Of a stretch of DNA of 64,000 nt, positions 11,701 to 23,096 are shown piece after piece. A model generated the notes under the pieces. That model was given only the letters and a program-made list of their open reading frames with translations, was not told where the DNA came from and searched no databases. Position numbers and translations under genes: made by a program. The DNA is from Catajapyx aquilonaris (taxonomy: Eukaryota), in NCBI GenBank assembly GCA_000934665.2, contig KZ537993.1, positions 62,001 through 126,000 on the forward strand. Direction: 5' to 3'. Every line of letters begins with the position of its first letter. The stretch's first letter is position 1.

Positions 11701-13487
11701 TTCAGGAGAGTGTTCACCACATTGTTGGCTATTATGCAGACAGGTTGGCCCAGAATGGCCAGCATGAGCTTGCTTTGAAGTGGCTGGCACTGGCCATGGC
11801 TTTAGATTCGCCATCAGCTAAGGATTACTTGCTTCAGAAATGGGCTGATGTCAAGAGCCATGCCATTCAGCTTGGAATGCATGATTTGGAGGTATGCTGC
11901 TGCTTAAATTTCACTGGCTGAACTTCATTAGTTTCAGGACGGAATATTGTACCTATGCAATAAACAGACAGTCTCTAGCAGAATAATTTTGTAAGAAAGT
12001 TTAATTAATTGATATGATAGAGACTGTATGTGTTCACTGCAGAATAAGAAAACCCACCTGGATGGTTTTTAAAATACAGAAAAGATTATGATGTGCAAAA
12101 TATGTTAGCAGTAATAATGAGGCGAAGGTGGCTGCTGACCTTGCAGTCCAGTATGCACTGTATTAGTTTCACGTTCTCTTTCAGTAACATTCTGTTGTGC
12201 ACACTCATCTGATTGTGCAGGATTTAGCATTCAACATTCATTTGTAACTAAAGAACTCTTTCCATTGGTCTACATTACCATATCCCCATATCAATGTTAT
12301 CATAGGTTTTATTTGCTTTTACAGGAGATGACTCTGAAGCGGATTCTTGCAGGATCCAGGGAGATCCTTGGTGTTCCAGTACCACCACATCAATACAACT
12401 CTTGGGAGTGCTTTGATATGGAGATGAATTGCCTTAGGTAATGTGACTGGCAATACTAGCCACATATGATGAGGGATTGCATCAACCTATTATAATAATT
12501 TGGGATAGTTGATTTTGATAAGTGCATAATATGTGAAATATTTGCTTTACTATATTTGCTTGAAGGCATGTTGAGCAGGGTTCCTCCAACTTTTTGACAA
12601 CACCCGATTTAAGAATTTCCAATGTCCACTTGGGCCACATACAGTAGCCAGTAGGTTATGTTGTAATGATTGAAATTCGGGGAAAAATGTCATTATATAT
12701 GTATTATGAATACTTATACTGTTCTACACAATCATACATTTCTTGCTGTAATTTGAATTCATGTTACTAGGCTTCATTCTCAGATGCAAATCAACTGCAG
12801 TTCAACTAATGAAGTATATTATTTGATCAGTTCATTGCCCACTTTGAGGGTGGCACTCGTTAAGGGTAGGGAGGATTTGGTTATTACAGCCACTCCTGTT
12901 ACAGCCTGATGGACCGTGCCATGTGAACGGAAGGTTCAGCCAAACCCGATGCCACCCTCCTGCAAAGGTGCATAATCATCGAATGTTGAACAGGAAGTTT
13001 TGTAAAGTTTTACAGAATATTCCGACATTGCTGCTAAGGCATTATTGGCATTATCATCACATACTGATACATTGTGTGCATTGGTGCATATGCTTTCTTT
13101 ATGTTAAGTTGTTGACCAATCCAGACCTTGGGTTCCTAACTTTAATCACGGTACAAAAATGTTATGTACTTGTTGTTAATATTGTTTCATATGTTTTCTA
13201 GTGGCAAGGAGAACTGCAGGCAAGCATGCTGGGAGGTAATGCTTGAAGCTATGAACATTGCACAAACTGCCAGCCAGAAGGAACTGGCATTATTGCTTGC
13301 TTCACATTATCAGTCCAAGTATGGTGGCACTAGTGGGAGCTTTCACCTGAAGAGATGCTCACACACTTCTCCGAGCAGAAGCCTTGATAGATCAGTTGAA
13401 GGGAACCAATCACTCACGCAAGATGAAGGAAGCTCACCTAGGAAACCAAAGCATGCAAAGACAAGGAAGTCTTGCCCATATAGTTAG
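8747..13487 (+). CDS. ~669-aa alpha-helical protein resembling the N-terminal regulatory region of separase (three rows-like); no peptidase domain
   Basis: Eight phase-consistent GT-AG exons: 8747-8839, 9595-9822, 10376-11015, 11102-11419, 11480-11625, 11706-11891, 12325-12437, 13202-13487 (total 2010 nt, open from ATG to TAG). The segment KWLALAMA...QKWADVKSHAIQLGMHDLEEMTLKRIL resembles human ESPL1 [26 protein letters not shown] as I recall it. The gene model is well supported; the identity rests mainly on this one motif. Confidence 0.65.
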
Positions 13488-14217
13488 TCATGACAGCTGT
13501 ATGGGTGTTCTCTGCAATGATACTGCCACAATTATACAGATATATATACGCGTATGTGTGTTTGGATTATAGCATTCAAAATAGCAGGAGTGAATTCTCA
13601 GATTTTGTTCAGCTATGAATGTATTTGGATATATACCCTGAGTTACTTGGGAGAAATTGACCGGCCAGACTAGTCAACTCAGTCAAGGGATGTTAACTCA
13701 CAAGGATGAATGGTATTTTAACATGTACTGCATGTTTGTAATTGGGAGGGTGCTGCGGTCACAATTGTTCCTTAAAGGAAATAAATATATTTATACAGAG
13801 AAAAATTTTGGATTGTGTATTGGGGCTCCTGACATGTATGATAATTAAGACTTGTACATATGGTGTGTGGAAATGTGCCAACTGTATTTTCTGGCAATTT
13901 TTAGCAGGAGGAGAAGGCGAGTTTTTTTTTTTTTTTTTTTGAAAGGCAGGCAGTCAGTTGATTAATGCCAACAGTAACATGGATCATTGCAGTTTGCAGT
14001 AATACAAAATTATAAATGATTCTGCCACCCAGTAACGTAATGGCACACTTGGTGCAATGTGCGATAATCTTTAAATCATGACAATGCACAGTTGCAATTT
14101 CAGTTGATTATGGACAGGATGACTGGCACTTGAGAGTAGTGGATTAGTCTCAGCCTTCCATCTCAGGTCCTTTGATTGGACGGTTTCTCATGTGAGAAGT
14201 TTACTGAAGGAGTAAGT

Positions 14218-14535
14218 TCAGTTTGTATATTTATGTGGGATTTCTTGAGGTTCTCTTCTTCCTTCGCGCACTCGAAATCTATCAACATCAGGAAAGTTAA
14301 TACTATAATGTCAATGAAAGTAATGAAACTAACAAGGTTTTTTTTTTATAAAACTCATTTTTAAAGTTCAGCGCCTCTGGCCCATAAAAACTCTCCAGGT
14401 ACGGTACCCAGTGTACCCTGCAACCCGATCAAAAACTTACATACTTGATCCTAGTGTCAGTGGAAAATCATAATATTACGCTTTATTATTATGCCGGGGG
14501 AAAGCATATAGTGGGCTCTCACCGAAATGGGCCAT
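14218..14535 (-). other. Candidate small spliced gene (micropeptide or non-coding) divergent from the GRASP promoter
   Basis: Minus-strand splice signals define exons 14577-14523, 14450-14441 (10 nt) and 14278 onward. An atcATGG start at 14535 gives MAHFGSSIFRVREGRREPQEIPHKYTN*. No homologue recognised. Confidence 0.35.
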
Positions 14536-14659
14536 GATCGAAAATGTCGAAAATTAAACGGTAGTATACGTAAAAATCTGTGGTAAAAATGAGGAATTTA
14601 GTCCTGCATATTATGGGGCATCCAGTATAATACACCTTTATTTTAAATATTATGATTGT

Positions 14660-14800
14660 AATCAAGGAACCAGAGAACGAACGGGCGGGCAAAATTGGCG
14701 CCAAGATATTGGCAACACTTTCTGATTAGTAAACTAAGCGACGCGGATAGTGTGACGTCACACTCAACCTCATCGTGGTGCGCTCAGTCGTCCACCAAAA
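14660..14800. promoter_or_regulatory. CpG-rich, probably bidirectional promoter upstream of GRASP
   Basis: CpG-rich patch with a perfect CRE TGACGTCA (14753-14760), GGGCGGGC and TTGGCGCCAA. It lies between the GRASP leader (+) and the candidate minus-strand transcript. Confidence 0.5.
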
Positions 14801-15342
14801 TTGGCTAGAATTTAGATTTTCACATATTAGTATTTTAAAATTTGGTTATTTGGCAAAATACGGCACCATACTTGACAAGAATTTATTACAACCTCTGTAG
14901 TTGTTACTATGACCGTGTTCGCGACCACTCCTTGACCGGGTCCGCGACCGTGGTGCACAGTATCATTGGCAACCCTGCTCCCTTCATCTGCCACGTAAAG
15001 GAGTGTGTGTGGCCGAAAGGTGCACTATTGGCCCCCCCAAGGAATTCGGGGACAGGTCCGACCGGTGTACGGGGACACAGGAGACAACACTGAGGTGCCG
15101 GACGACTCGCAGAGGGAGGGGATCTCGGCATTATGCCTTGTACGGCCGCCTCCAAGTCAGAAGGGTGATCGTCGCTCGACCTGATTCGTGGCGCTCCGCA
15201 GCACTGCACCCACTCGATCCATATTGCTCAGGACTGACTGACAGGGGGATACGACCCTGCTCTGTCGGTTCACCACCACCACCCAGGGCCCCTTTCGACT
15301 GGAGAGCGTAGCCGGCCGGAAGAGGCATCCCAATAAGCGGCG

Positions 15343-18300
15343 ATGGGGAGTGCACAGAGCAACCAGATCCCAGGGGGAGGAACCGAAGGATACCATGTTC
15401 TTAGGGTACAAGTCATTCCACAGCCTCATGGGAGGGAACCAGAGAGAGGCTCTACCTCGCTTGCTGATTCAAAGGGTCACAACTGATGCACAAGCTGGTC
15501 TTGTCATTCATTCGTTAATACCACTAGTGTTAGGCACACATTCTGTTGAGAGAGCAATGCCGCTTGAAACATGAGTTATGTGACAAGTGAAATGGCGGAA
15601 TGAATTTTACTTCAACAGGCATGTACTGTAAGTACACTGCTCTCCCGATTATCCTGGCTAAGGCCTACATGGGTGTCGCCGGATAATCGGAAAACACGGA
15701 TAATCGGAAAATGGCCCTAGGTACCGTAAATGAGATAGTCACAGGTTTTTAATGTACGACTGTACATAGCCCTACTGTGATCTGCTTTAAATTAGATTTT
15801 ATTATCATGTGAAAATTTTCCATCGATTTTTAGTTTTGAAAATGACATTTCTTTGCTGGTTGAAAAATGTACATTTTTTTCGGACTTTTCTTTGTTTTAG
15901 CCATCCATGGATAATCCGAAACACAGATAATTGGGAGTGTGGTGTACTTACTAAAAAGTTCATCAATTCATGACAATAGCATTTTAACTGTACAAGGGAT
16001 AAAATGTCCAGGGTTTTCTCTTTACTTACATTGACCCTAATCGAAAGGGTAGACAGCAATAATGGAAGAACCGCAGTAATGATTTGCTGCATTCTTCACC
16101 ATCTCACTTGACCTTGTACAGTAGCCTCTAGAGCCTAGAGAACTGATCAGATATGCTCACTGAGGTGAAGGGGGAATGGGAAGGCGCGCGTACCCCCCTC
16201 CCGCGCTACTTCCACCGGACTATAAGGTGACGATAGTTTAATTACAGAGTCTCCGCTGGCATCACTCACTGTGGGGTAATCCAGCTGCCAGACAAATTCG
16301 GGTGGACACCTTCTGAACCAACCCATATAGTCAATACGACAGCACACTCAGCCCTATTCTGCAAATTCGCGCACAGCCACATGAGTGAGTCTGGCAACCA
16401 AATCGCCCCCAATAGCTCCAGTCAGCATCGCCAGCACCCAAATTCCCTGTGTAGCGGAGAGACTGTAATTAAACTGCCGTATTGTAGGAGTTGTGGAGGG
16501 CTGGGAAGGAGCCACCAAGACCATTGACAACTGGGAATGGCAAATCCATCACGCATTTGAACTGAACACCAACTGCTTACTTACATACTCAGTTACTCAC
16601 CATATACTTGCAGTGCAGTGTAATGAATAGTAAGTCCCCGACTTAGGCAACTCAAGATAGTGTGGTATAATAATTTCTGATAAACGGGGTTCAAGTGTGG
16701 AAACCATGATTTGTGGCAAGGGTGGTGTTTGAGAGAAGCATTTCTTGCACCTACGATCTTGCATCAACGATCTACGAAACTATCTATGCACAGGGGGGGT
16801 TCAGAAAATTACTGTATAATGTATATGAATGTTTGTCAGTCTGCTAATTCACTTCTTCTCTGACATTCAGGTACAAGATTCATCACCTGGTCAGAAAGCT
16901 GGCCTAGAAGCATTCTTCGATTTTGTTGTTGCAATTGGAAACACAAGACTTGTAAGTATGTTGCTACAACCACTGGATAATTACATCACTAACTGAATTG
17001 TAAATATTTTCAGGATCAAGACAACGACACTTTGAAAGACTTGTTGAAGGCAAATGTTGAGAAGGAGATTAAAATGACTGTGTACAGCAGCAAGAGTCAG
17101 TCAGTTCGGGAAGTCAGCATAACCCCCAGTAACATGTGGGGAGGTCAGGGGCTCTTGGGAGTTAGCATCAGGTTCTGCTCCTTTGAAGGTGCCAATGAAA
17201 ATGTCTGGCATATACTGGTATGTTTTCACTGTTTTGTTTGTGTGTTTTAGCAAACTACTGTTTCGTGTCCCATAGCACATATTGAGGAATTACGTGGTGA
17301 ACATTGATAGTATGTGAGGAAAATTGAGGTGTTAATTGATGCTTGAAATTTAATACAGTGGACCCTCATACTTCGAATGCCCCTAACTGTGAATGTTCCA
17401 GGGTTCAAACACAAAATTAGAGAGAAATTCGATCCAGAGTTCAAACGACTCTTCTAAGTTCAAACTATGCAGGCAATATTTGGCTGCAGATCTCACTTTC
17501 AGAACAACTGGTTTAGGGGCATAATCAATTCCATGAACCCTGAAGGCCATGTGGTGAAAACTATTATACATTAGCTTTAATACAAGGAACTACTATAATG
17601 TGTTGAACTTAGTTAGTCTTACCTGTATACCGCCAAAGAATTAATTGATTGTAACTAATAGAAATATAGATGTTTATGTCTAACTACAGCTTTCATAAAC
17701 TACCCTGACTGCACTAATCCTTCAACTGTCATTTGGCAGGAAGTGAGTCCCAACTCTCCTGCAGAGATGGCTGGACTGAGGCCCTACAATGACTATGTAA
17801 TTGGGGCTGACTCAGTTTTACATGAAAGTGAGGATCTCTACACATTGATTGAAGCTCATGAGGGAAGACCGCTGAAGTTGTATGTCTACAATACTGATTC
17901 AGATGGCTGCAGAGAAGTCTCTATTACTCCTAATGGAGCATGGGGTGGAGAGGGCAGGTAAAAATGTTTGCTGCAATTCTGTTTGACAGTGGTCATATCA
18001 CATTCCCCTCTGCAAATTTTGCCAGTGTTATATTGTGTCACATTCTGTGACAAACTGGTCTGAATCAATAACAAATGCCCTTGGGTCTAATGAGCCCCCC
18101 TTCTCCATCCAAGTGTACACCTGCACACATACACACAGTCACAAAATGCTGTTCTGCTGGTGTCTGTTGTCAAAGGGCCCTCGCAGCGTAGGGACCCCAG
18201 TTCGCCGAATTAACGGAACTATCCTTGCTCTGCTTCTGGTGGAGAACAAGACAGTATGGAAACTGATGTGTTGTTAACATGTCCATTTTCCTTGCATTAA

Positions 18301-20769
18301 CCCTAACCGAAGCAGTGGTAGCGGAGGGGATAGGGTATCTGACTGCTAATCGGGAGGTCCTGGGTTCAAATCCCGGTGGCCGCCGACCCTGACAGTGGTT
18401 TTCTGTGGTTTCCCAGGGTCTCACCAGGAAAATTGCGGGTCGTGTCCGTAATTATAGGCCACAGCCGCTTCCTTCCGTCCCTATCCCATCCCCATATACG
18501 AGAAGTAAAAACGAAAGCAAGAGTTCCAGATTTAAAAAATATGGTGGTATCCCACCCCCCCTAAGAGGGCCCATGGCCCTAGCACGGCCTACAAATTATT
18601 AATTATTTTTAACCCTTTGAGGGCTAAGTGCCTCATGTGATGTCCTGCTGGTTTTTGAACTGGGTGCGCTAGAGTTTAGACAGAAGTGGCGCAGTTTGAG
18701 GCTCAAACTGCTCCTACCATCTCGTGGAAGGGGGCTCAACTACCATGGCGTATGCTAATCAGTTTTTCCTCCTCCCAGCATGAGCTAAACATACCTCCTC
18801 CCACAGCATCGGAACAGGGTGTCCCGTAAGTCTGGACTCTTAGGAATTTCTGATAGTACATGGTTTTAGTATTATTTTGTAACCACAGTAACAATTTTAT
18901 ATTGACTTTAAAAATTTAAATTAATTTAATTGCATTTAAAGTTAATTGCAGTTTTTTGAAGAAAATCTGGAACACCCTGGAGATGAATTTTTTCGGCATT
19001 TTCCATTCAAAAGGACCACCACGAGTTAAAATGACAAATATTGGAGCATATTGTTTTTCATTAATATCACTCCTACTACAAAATAAATATTAGTTTCATC
19101 AAGAAAAGAAAAATATGGTTTAAAAAAAAAAAAACTCTGTCAAAGGGTTAAAGAAATTTTAAAATATATTACAAAGAATGCAACTCAGTAACTCTTTTTT
19201 GGAACGAGCAAAGTTTATCTTACAACTAGAAAACTGGGGAGACGAATTCAGGTGTAAGGTCAGGCAAAATAATGACAAGCGAAGGAGACTGCCCTTGATC
19301 ATAGAAACCAGAACATGTGATTCAGGATGTTATTGCATAGCCACATGTAGCTTTGCTGGCCAGGTGCAGTTTGGCAATCTTAATAATAAGGTGGTGCTAG
19401 GTGCGTGCGAGAAATGCAGACCACAGTGGCAGCCTTGGAATTATCCATTCTATGCCATCACAAGCCCTTATAACCCTTGATCAAAAGTGATTGGATTGCG
19501 TTTCCCCACTGCTTATACGTGGTGGTGCAGTGGCTGACTCAGTTAATTTTATTTCTTGAAAATATTTTTTGTATACACCAATGGTTCCCAACCTTTTTTC
19601 ATTGTGACCATATGTATAATTGAATCTGGATACAACAGCCTTGGCTATAACAGACTTTCAGTTATAACATACCGGTACTCGAAAGGTTGGTCCGGGCATA
19701 CTTCCGTAAGCCCTGTGTATTTTATTCCTGATATAACAGGCTAATTTTCACCTCACCTCAGGTATAACAGACCATTTCTTGGCCCCTCTGTGGGAAAGTG
19801 TGCTTTTTCTGGTATATAATTGACAAAAAGGAGAGGGCAGAAGAAAAAGAGACCCAATAGTTATGATCCCATGAAAGCTGTAGATAATGTATTAAGCAAC
19901 TCTCTGTGATCAATCCTCGAATGGGTAATAAATTAATGATGGTAAAAATTAAAATAATGTCTCTCTTTGCAGCTTAGGATGTGGGATTGGATATGGCTAC
20001 CTGCACCGAATCCCAGTCCGCGCTCCCCAGAAGAAAGATGTTCCAGCAGCAGACTCCAATGCAGTTGCAGCTTCGCAGGTGGCCAAGAATAGCACTGGAT
20101 ATTCATCGGTTGTTCACCCTACCGATTTGAATTTTTCCATTGTTAAGTGAATTGTGACAATGTTATTGTTTCCTGGCTTTCTCTGCAGGTAACTCTAACT
20201 CCTGCTCCTCTCAGTAATGAATTGCAATCTAAGTTGGCTGGACTTACTCTGGAGGCAGGCGCAGGCGTCCCTCCACCAGTGGTGCCAGTGACCTTCCCGG
20301 CAGCAGTGTCACTTCCAACCAGTCAAACTGCGGAGCAGCAGCAACCTAGTAAGGAATTTCTTTTGCAGGTCTAATTTTTTTTAAATTAATGGATATGGAA
20401 AAAATTGGAAAGTCACTGTCAAACTGGCCTTCCCTCACTGGATGTGCAGGACACAGCTTGACCAAAAATGACCGTGTGATTGTCATTTTGAATAGTAGCA
20501 GTATAGTAATTGACAGCAGAGTGTGCAACAGGGTTAATGGGTCTACTTGAATACCTTACTGTTTTTTTTCCCCTTTCGCAGCCACAAGCAGCTCAGGAAT
20601 GCCTGTGACAACTCCGATCTCAATTCCTGGAATGCCTCCAATCACAGTGAGTGCCACGCTTCCCCCAGCCTTAGCTCACTTGGAAACTCCTCAGCCACCT
20701 CCACAGCCTTCTGCGGCCATCCCCATGGGCCAGTTTCCCCCTCAAGCAGTGGTCACGTCAGGTGAATGA
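15343..20769 (+). CDS. GORASP2: Golgi reassembly-stacking protein (GRASP55/GRASP65 family), complete, ~349 aa
   Basis: Exons 15343-15405, 16871-16951, 17014-17217, 17740-17957, 19973-20108 (weak donor), 20189-20348, 20582-20769 (1050 nt). Myristoylation-type start [21 protein letters not shown]; tandem PDZ motifs [27 protein letters not shown] and [20 protein letters not shown]; Ser/Pro-rich tail. AATAAA at 21033-21038. Confidence 0.96.
15635..15945. mobile_element. Tigger-like MITE in GRASP intron 1
   Basis: Imperfect TIRs CACTGCTCTCCCGATTATC / GATAATTGGGAGTGTGGTG with flanking TA, and internal CGGATAATCGGAAAA subterminal repeats. Confidence 0.65.
16235..16475. mobile_element. Fold-back / MITE-like inverted repeat
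   Basis: AGTTTAATTACAGAGTCTCCGCT (16235-16257) is inverted at 16453-16475 with 2 mismatches; there is also an inner GCTGCCAGAC/GTCTGGCAAC pair. Confidence 0.6.
18309..18608 (+). mobile_element. tRNA-derived SINE
   Basis: A-box-like TGGTAGCGGAGGGG, B box GGTTCAAATCC (18363-18373), body GGTTTTCTGTGGTTTCCC...GGCCACAGCCGCTTCCTTCC, AT-rich tail. TTAACCCT on both flanks (18297, 18609) may be a target-site duplication. Confidence 0.85.
18613..19147. mobile_element. piggyBac-like non-autonomous element with a nested Tc1-type MITE
   Basis: TTAA-CCCTTTGA ... TCAAAGGG-TTAA ends. Internal CAGGGTGTCCC ... GGAACACCCTG (~18816-18979). Confidence 0.6.
19615..19815 (+). mobile_element. Tigger-like MITE fragment (same family as 8050-8223)
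   Basis: Clear similarity to the reverse complement of 8050-8223; both translate to [11 protein letters not shown]...F.PDIT. Confidence 0.7.
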
Positions 20770-21503
20770 GATCCTCAGGGGTACTACCAGAAGGTGTAAA
20801 TTTTTCTCAAGTGGAATTCAAAGAGAGGCCTTAATAGATCGTTTTTTGCCTTTTGTTTTTTGTCAGCCTCGGTTTTTACTGGTGTTGCTTTATTTAGGGG
20901 GGTCAGGAGATCCAGTATTGTAAATGTGTATGGGAAGAGAGACAAGACAATCTCAGTTTAATCAAAGTAAATATTCATTTCCAAACTCGTGCCGGTGAAA
21001 TTGTGCATTGTTTATTTCTGCATGTGAGAGTCAATAAAATGCAATTTTACTGAATGTTCACAGTGTGAAGGCATTTTTATTGGGAATTTTTAATGAATTT
21101 TGTGAAATTGTACAAAGTTTTATACAAATTCATAGTGATTTTTTTTTTTCCACACTTTTATTACAGTGCTGGGTGACTTTTTGAGGCTGGGGGATTTTTA
21201 AATGTTGCTGTGTGATTGTTTCCAATTGAATACTTGCCACTATTTTGCCTCATAAGATTCCATGTACAGTGTTGGACATTAATCGTGTCGTATGCGAGCG
21301 ACATTTTCCGAAGCGGCAGAAAAAATAATCAATCCAATGGAGCAAAAGCCGTGCAAGCAAGATTCGTTCTTCTGCCACTTCGGAAAGTGTTGCTAGCAGT
21401 ACGACACGATTAATGTTCAACTCTGTACTGTCTTCCCTTGCCCAAATCCATGCTGCAGGTGATTCCAATGGGTCACACTTGTATTAGTACCTTGACCTGT
21501 CCC

Positions 21504-21509
<6 letters not shown>

Positions 21510-21559
<50 letters not shown>

Positions 21560-21814
21560 GATATCTCGTGATAGGCCTCCTTGGGCCTCTTAGGGGATCA
21601 TCTTTTAAATACCCGACTTTAATCATTGCCTGCGTTGTGATGGATTTTGATTGCGGGAGGAAACGGGAGAACCCCAAGAAAACCCACGCGAATACGGAGA
21701 GAACCCATCGAAACTCTATCCACATAAGTATCCTCAGTCCCACCCGGGATCGAACTCGGGACCTTAGAGGTGGAAGGCTGCGGCGCTAACCACTCGGCCA
21801 CCGTGTCGCCCGCG
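21510..21814 (-). mobile_element. Full-length tRNA-derived SINE with a V-domain-like core and (ATT)n tail
   Basis: Minus strand: A box GGTGGCCGAGTGG, B box GAGTTCGATCC, core GTTCTCTCCGTATTCGCGTGGGTTTTCTTGGGGTTCTCCCGTTTCCTCCCGCA (V-SINE-like), then (ATT)~17. 14-bp TSD CCTGTC[C/T]CCATTAA at 21496-21509 and 21815-21828. Confidence 0.9.
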
Positions 21815-21993
21815 CCTGTCTCCATTAAAGTATGCCACAGGCTATAACATGGACAGTCTACTTCGTGTAGATCTGGCCCATTTGTCAAAAGTTTTTCTTT
21901 CCCACGTCCCGTAATAAGATTTGTAGCTTTTGCTGGTATAACTTTTTATGTGTGTAACATCTGACAATTCTGGTCCTGGTTGCTGGTAGGATC

Positions 21994-22255
21994 AATAATT
22001 GAGGGGCTCCCAACAGGAGTGGTTCAAGGCACAAAATGTTGTTTCTGAGAAAATGGGACTCAAAGTTAACGACATACACTGAAGTCATATGTGATCAAAT
22101 GTGAATCATTGGTGTTCAGTAGTCCAGGAATTTTTCTGCAGAACAACCAGTATTGCACGTGAAAGATGGTATTGTGACAATGCCAATGGTATACTTCACT
22201 TTTTTTATTATTTTTTGTCACTTGAACCACTTGTGTTGGGAGCCCCTCAATTATT
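21994..22255. mobile_element. MITE with ~40-bp terminal inverted repeats
   Basis: AATAATTGAGGGGCTCCCAACA.GAGTGGTTCAAG is inverted as CTTGAACCACTTGTGTTGGGAGCCCCTCAATTATT. Confidence 0.8.
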
Positions 22256-22355
22256 TTAAATGTTTCTTTGGTATGAATGTAAGTGAAATGAAGCTGTGGG
22301 TAATGACTTACCTGTACTTTTGACTACCAACAAAATGAAGAGTGATCATTAGTTA

Positions 22356-23096
22356 CCATATTACCTCATATAAAGTGGCATGCCGGTGTAGTCGAGGTAG
22401 ACCAGTTTTTAGTTATACATGATCTGCATCAGCATGCCGGTCTAAGTGAGGTATGCCGGTATGAGGAGACGTTTCCTTGACCATCTTGAGCGCAGTATTA
22501 TCATGCTATGTGAAAATTATTATTACGCAAATGAATGCATGTTCTACGATGCAGATACAGCCCAGGACACTTCTATTGCCTGACACTTCCCATAAGATCG
22601 TTAAGTTCAAATTCCATGGCTATATTTTCAATAATAAAAGTGCAAGGCTGGAAGGAGGGAAGCATACCTACCAGGATATTTAATACGTTGAGTTTGGAAT
22701 TTATTATCTGAGTAATGAGGCATCTCTGACAAATTGATACCGGTATACCACTATAGAAAGTGATCCTCTGATTGCCAACGAGATCTGCGACCAGCGAACT
22801 ACTGAGCAAAACGAAGGACTGCAGGAATTTGCCTTGATCTTTTGTGATGGAATAGGGGTATTGGTCACACACCATGCACTGTGCAACAGTACTGTCATAT
22901 TCTCAAAGCCCTGTACTCGCCAATTTTTCACAGTAGCATTATTTTAGGATGGTACCAGGAGATGCATTCCAAAAAATTTGACAAGGATCAAAATTATGGA
23001 AATCTACCTCGGTTATTGCGGCCACCCCCGGGTTATACCGGCATGCTGGTCGACCTCGTTTTATACCGGCATGCAGCTTTATGTGAGGTAATACGG
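22356..23096. mobile_element. pogo/Tc2-like MITE with ~50-bp TIRs
   Basis: TA-CCATATTACCTCATATAAAGTGGCATGCCGGTGTAGTCGAGGTAGACCAG matches the reverse complement of 23046-23096 (CCGTATTACCTCACATAAAGCTGCATGCCGGTATAAAACGAGGTCGACCAG). Internal ATGCCGGT/ACCGGCAT repeats. Confidence 0.8.

Noticed and set aside
15406..16877. GTACAAG repeated at the start of GRASP intron 1 and the start of exon 2, suggesting intron gain by TE insertion
   Set aside because: As I recall, the YHVLR|VQ intron position is shared with vertebrate GORASP2, so the intron is ancestral and the repeat is likely chance.
18309..18385. Possible tRNA genes here and at 21740-21814
   Set aside because: A and B boxes are present, but there is no proper cloverleaf and each continues into a SINE body and tail.
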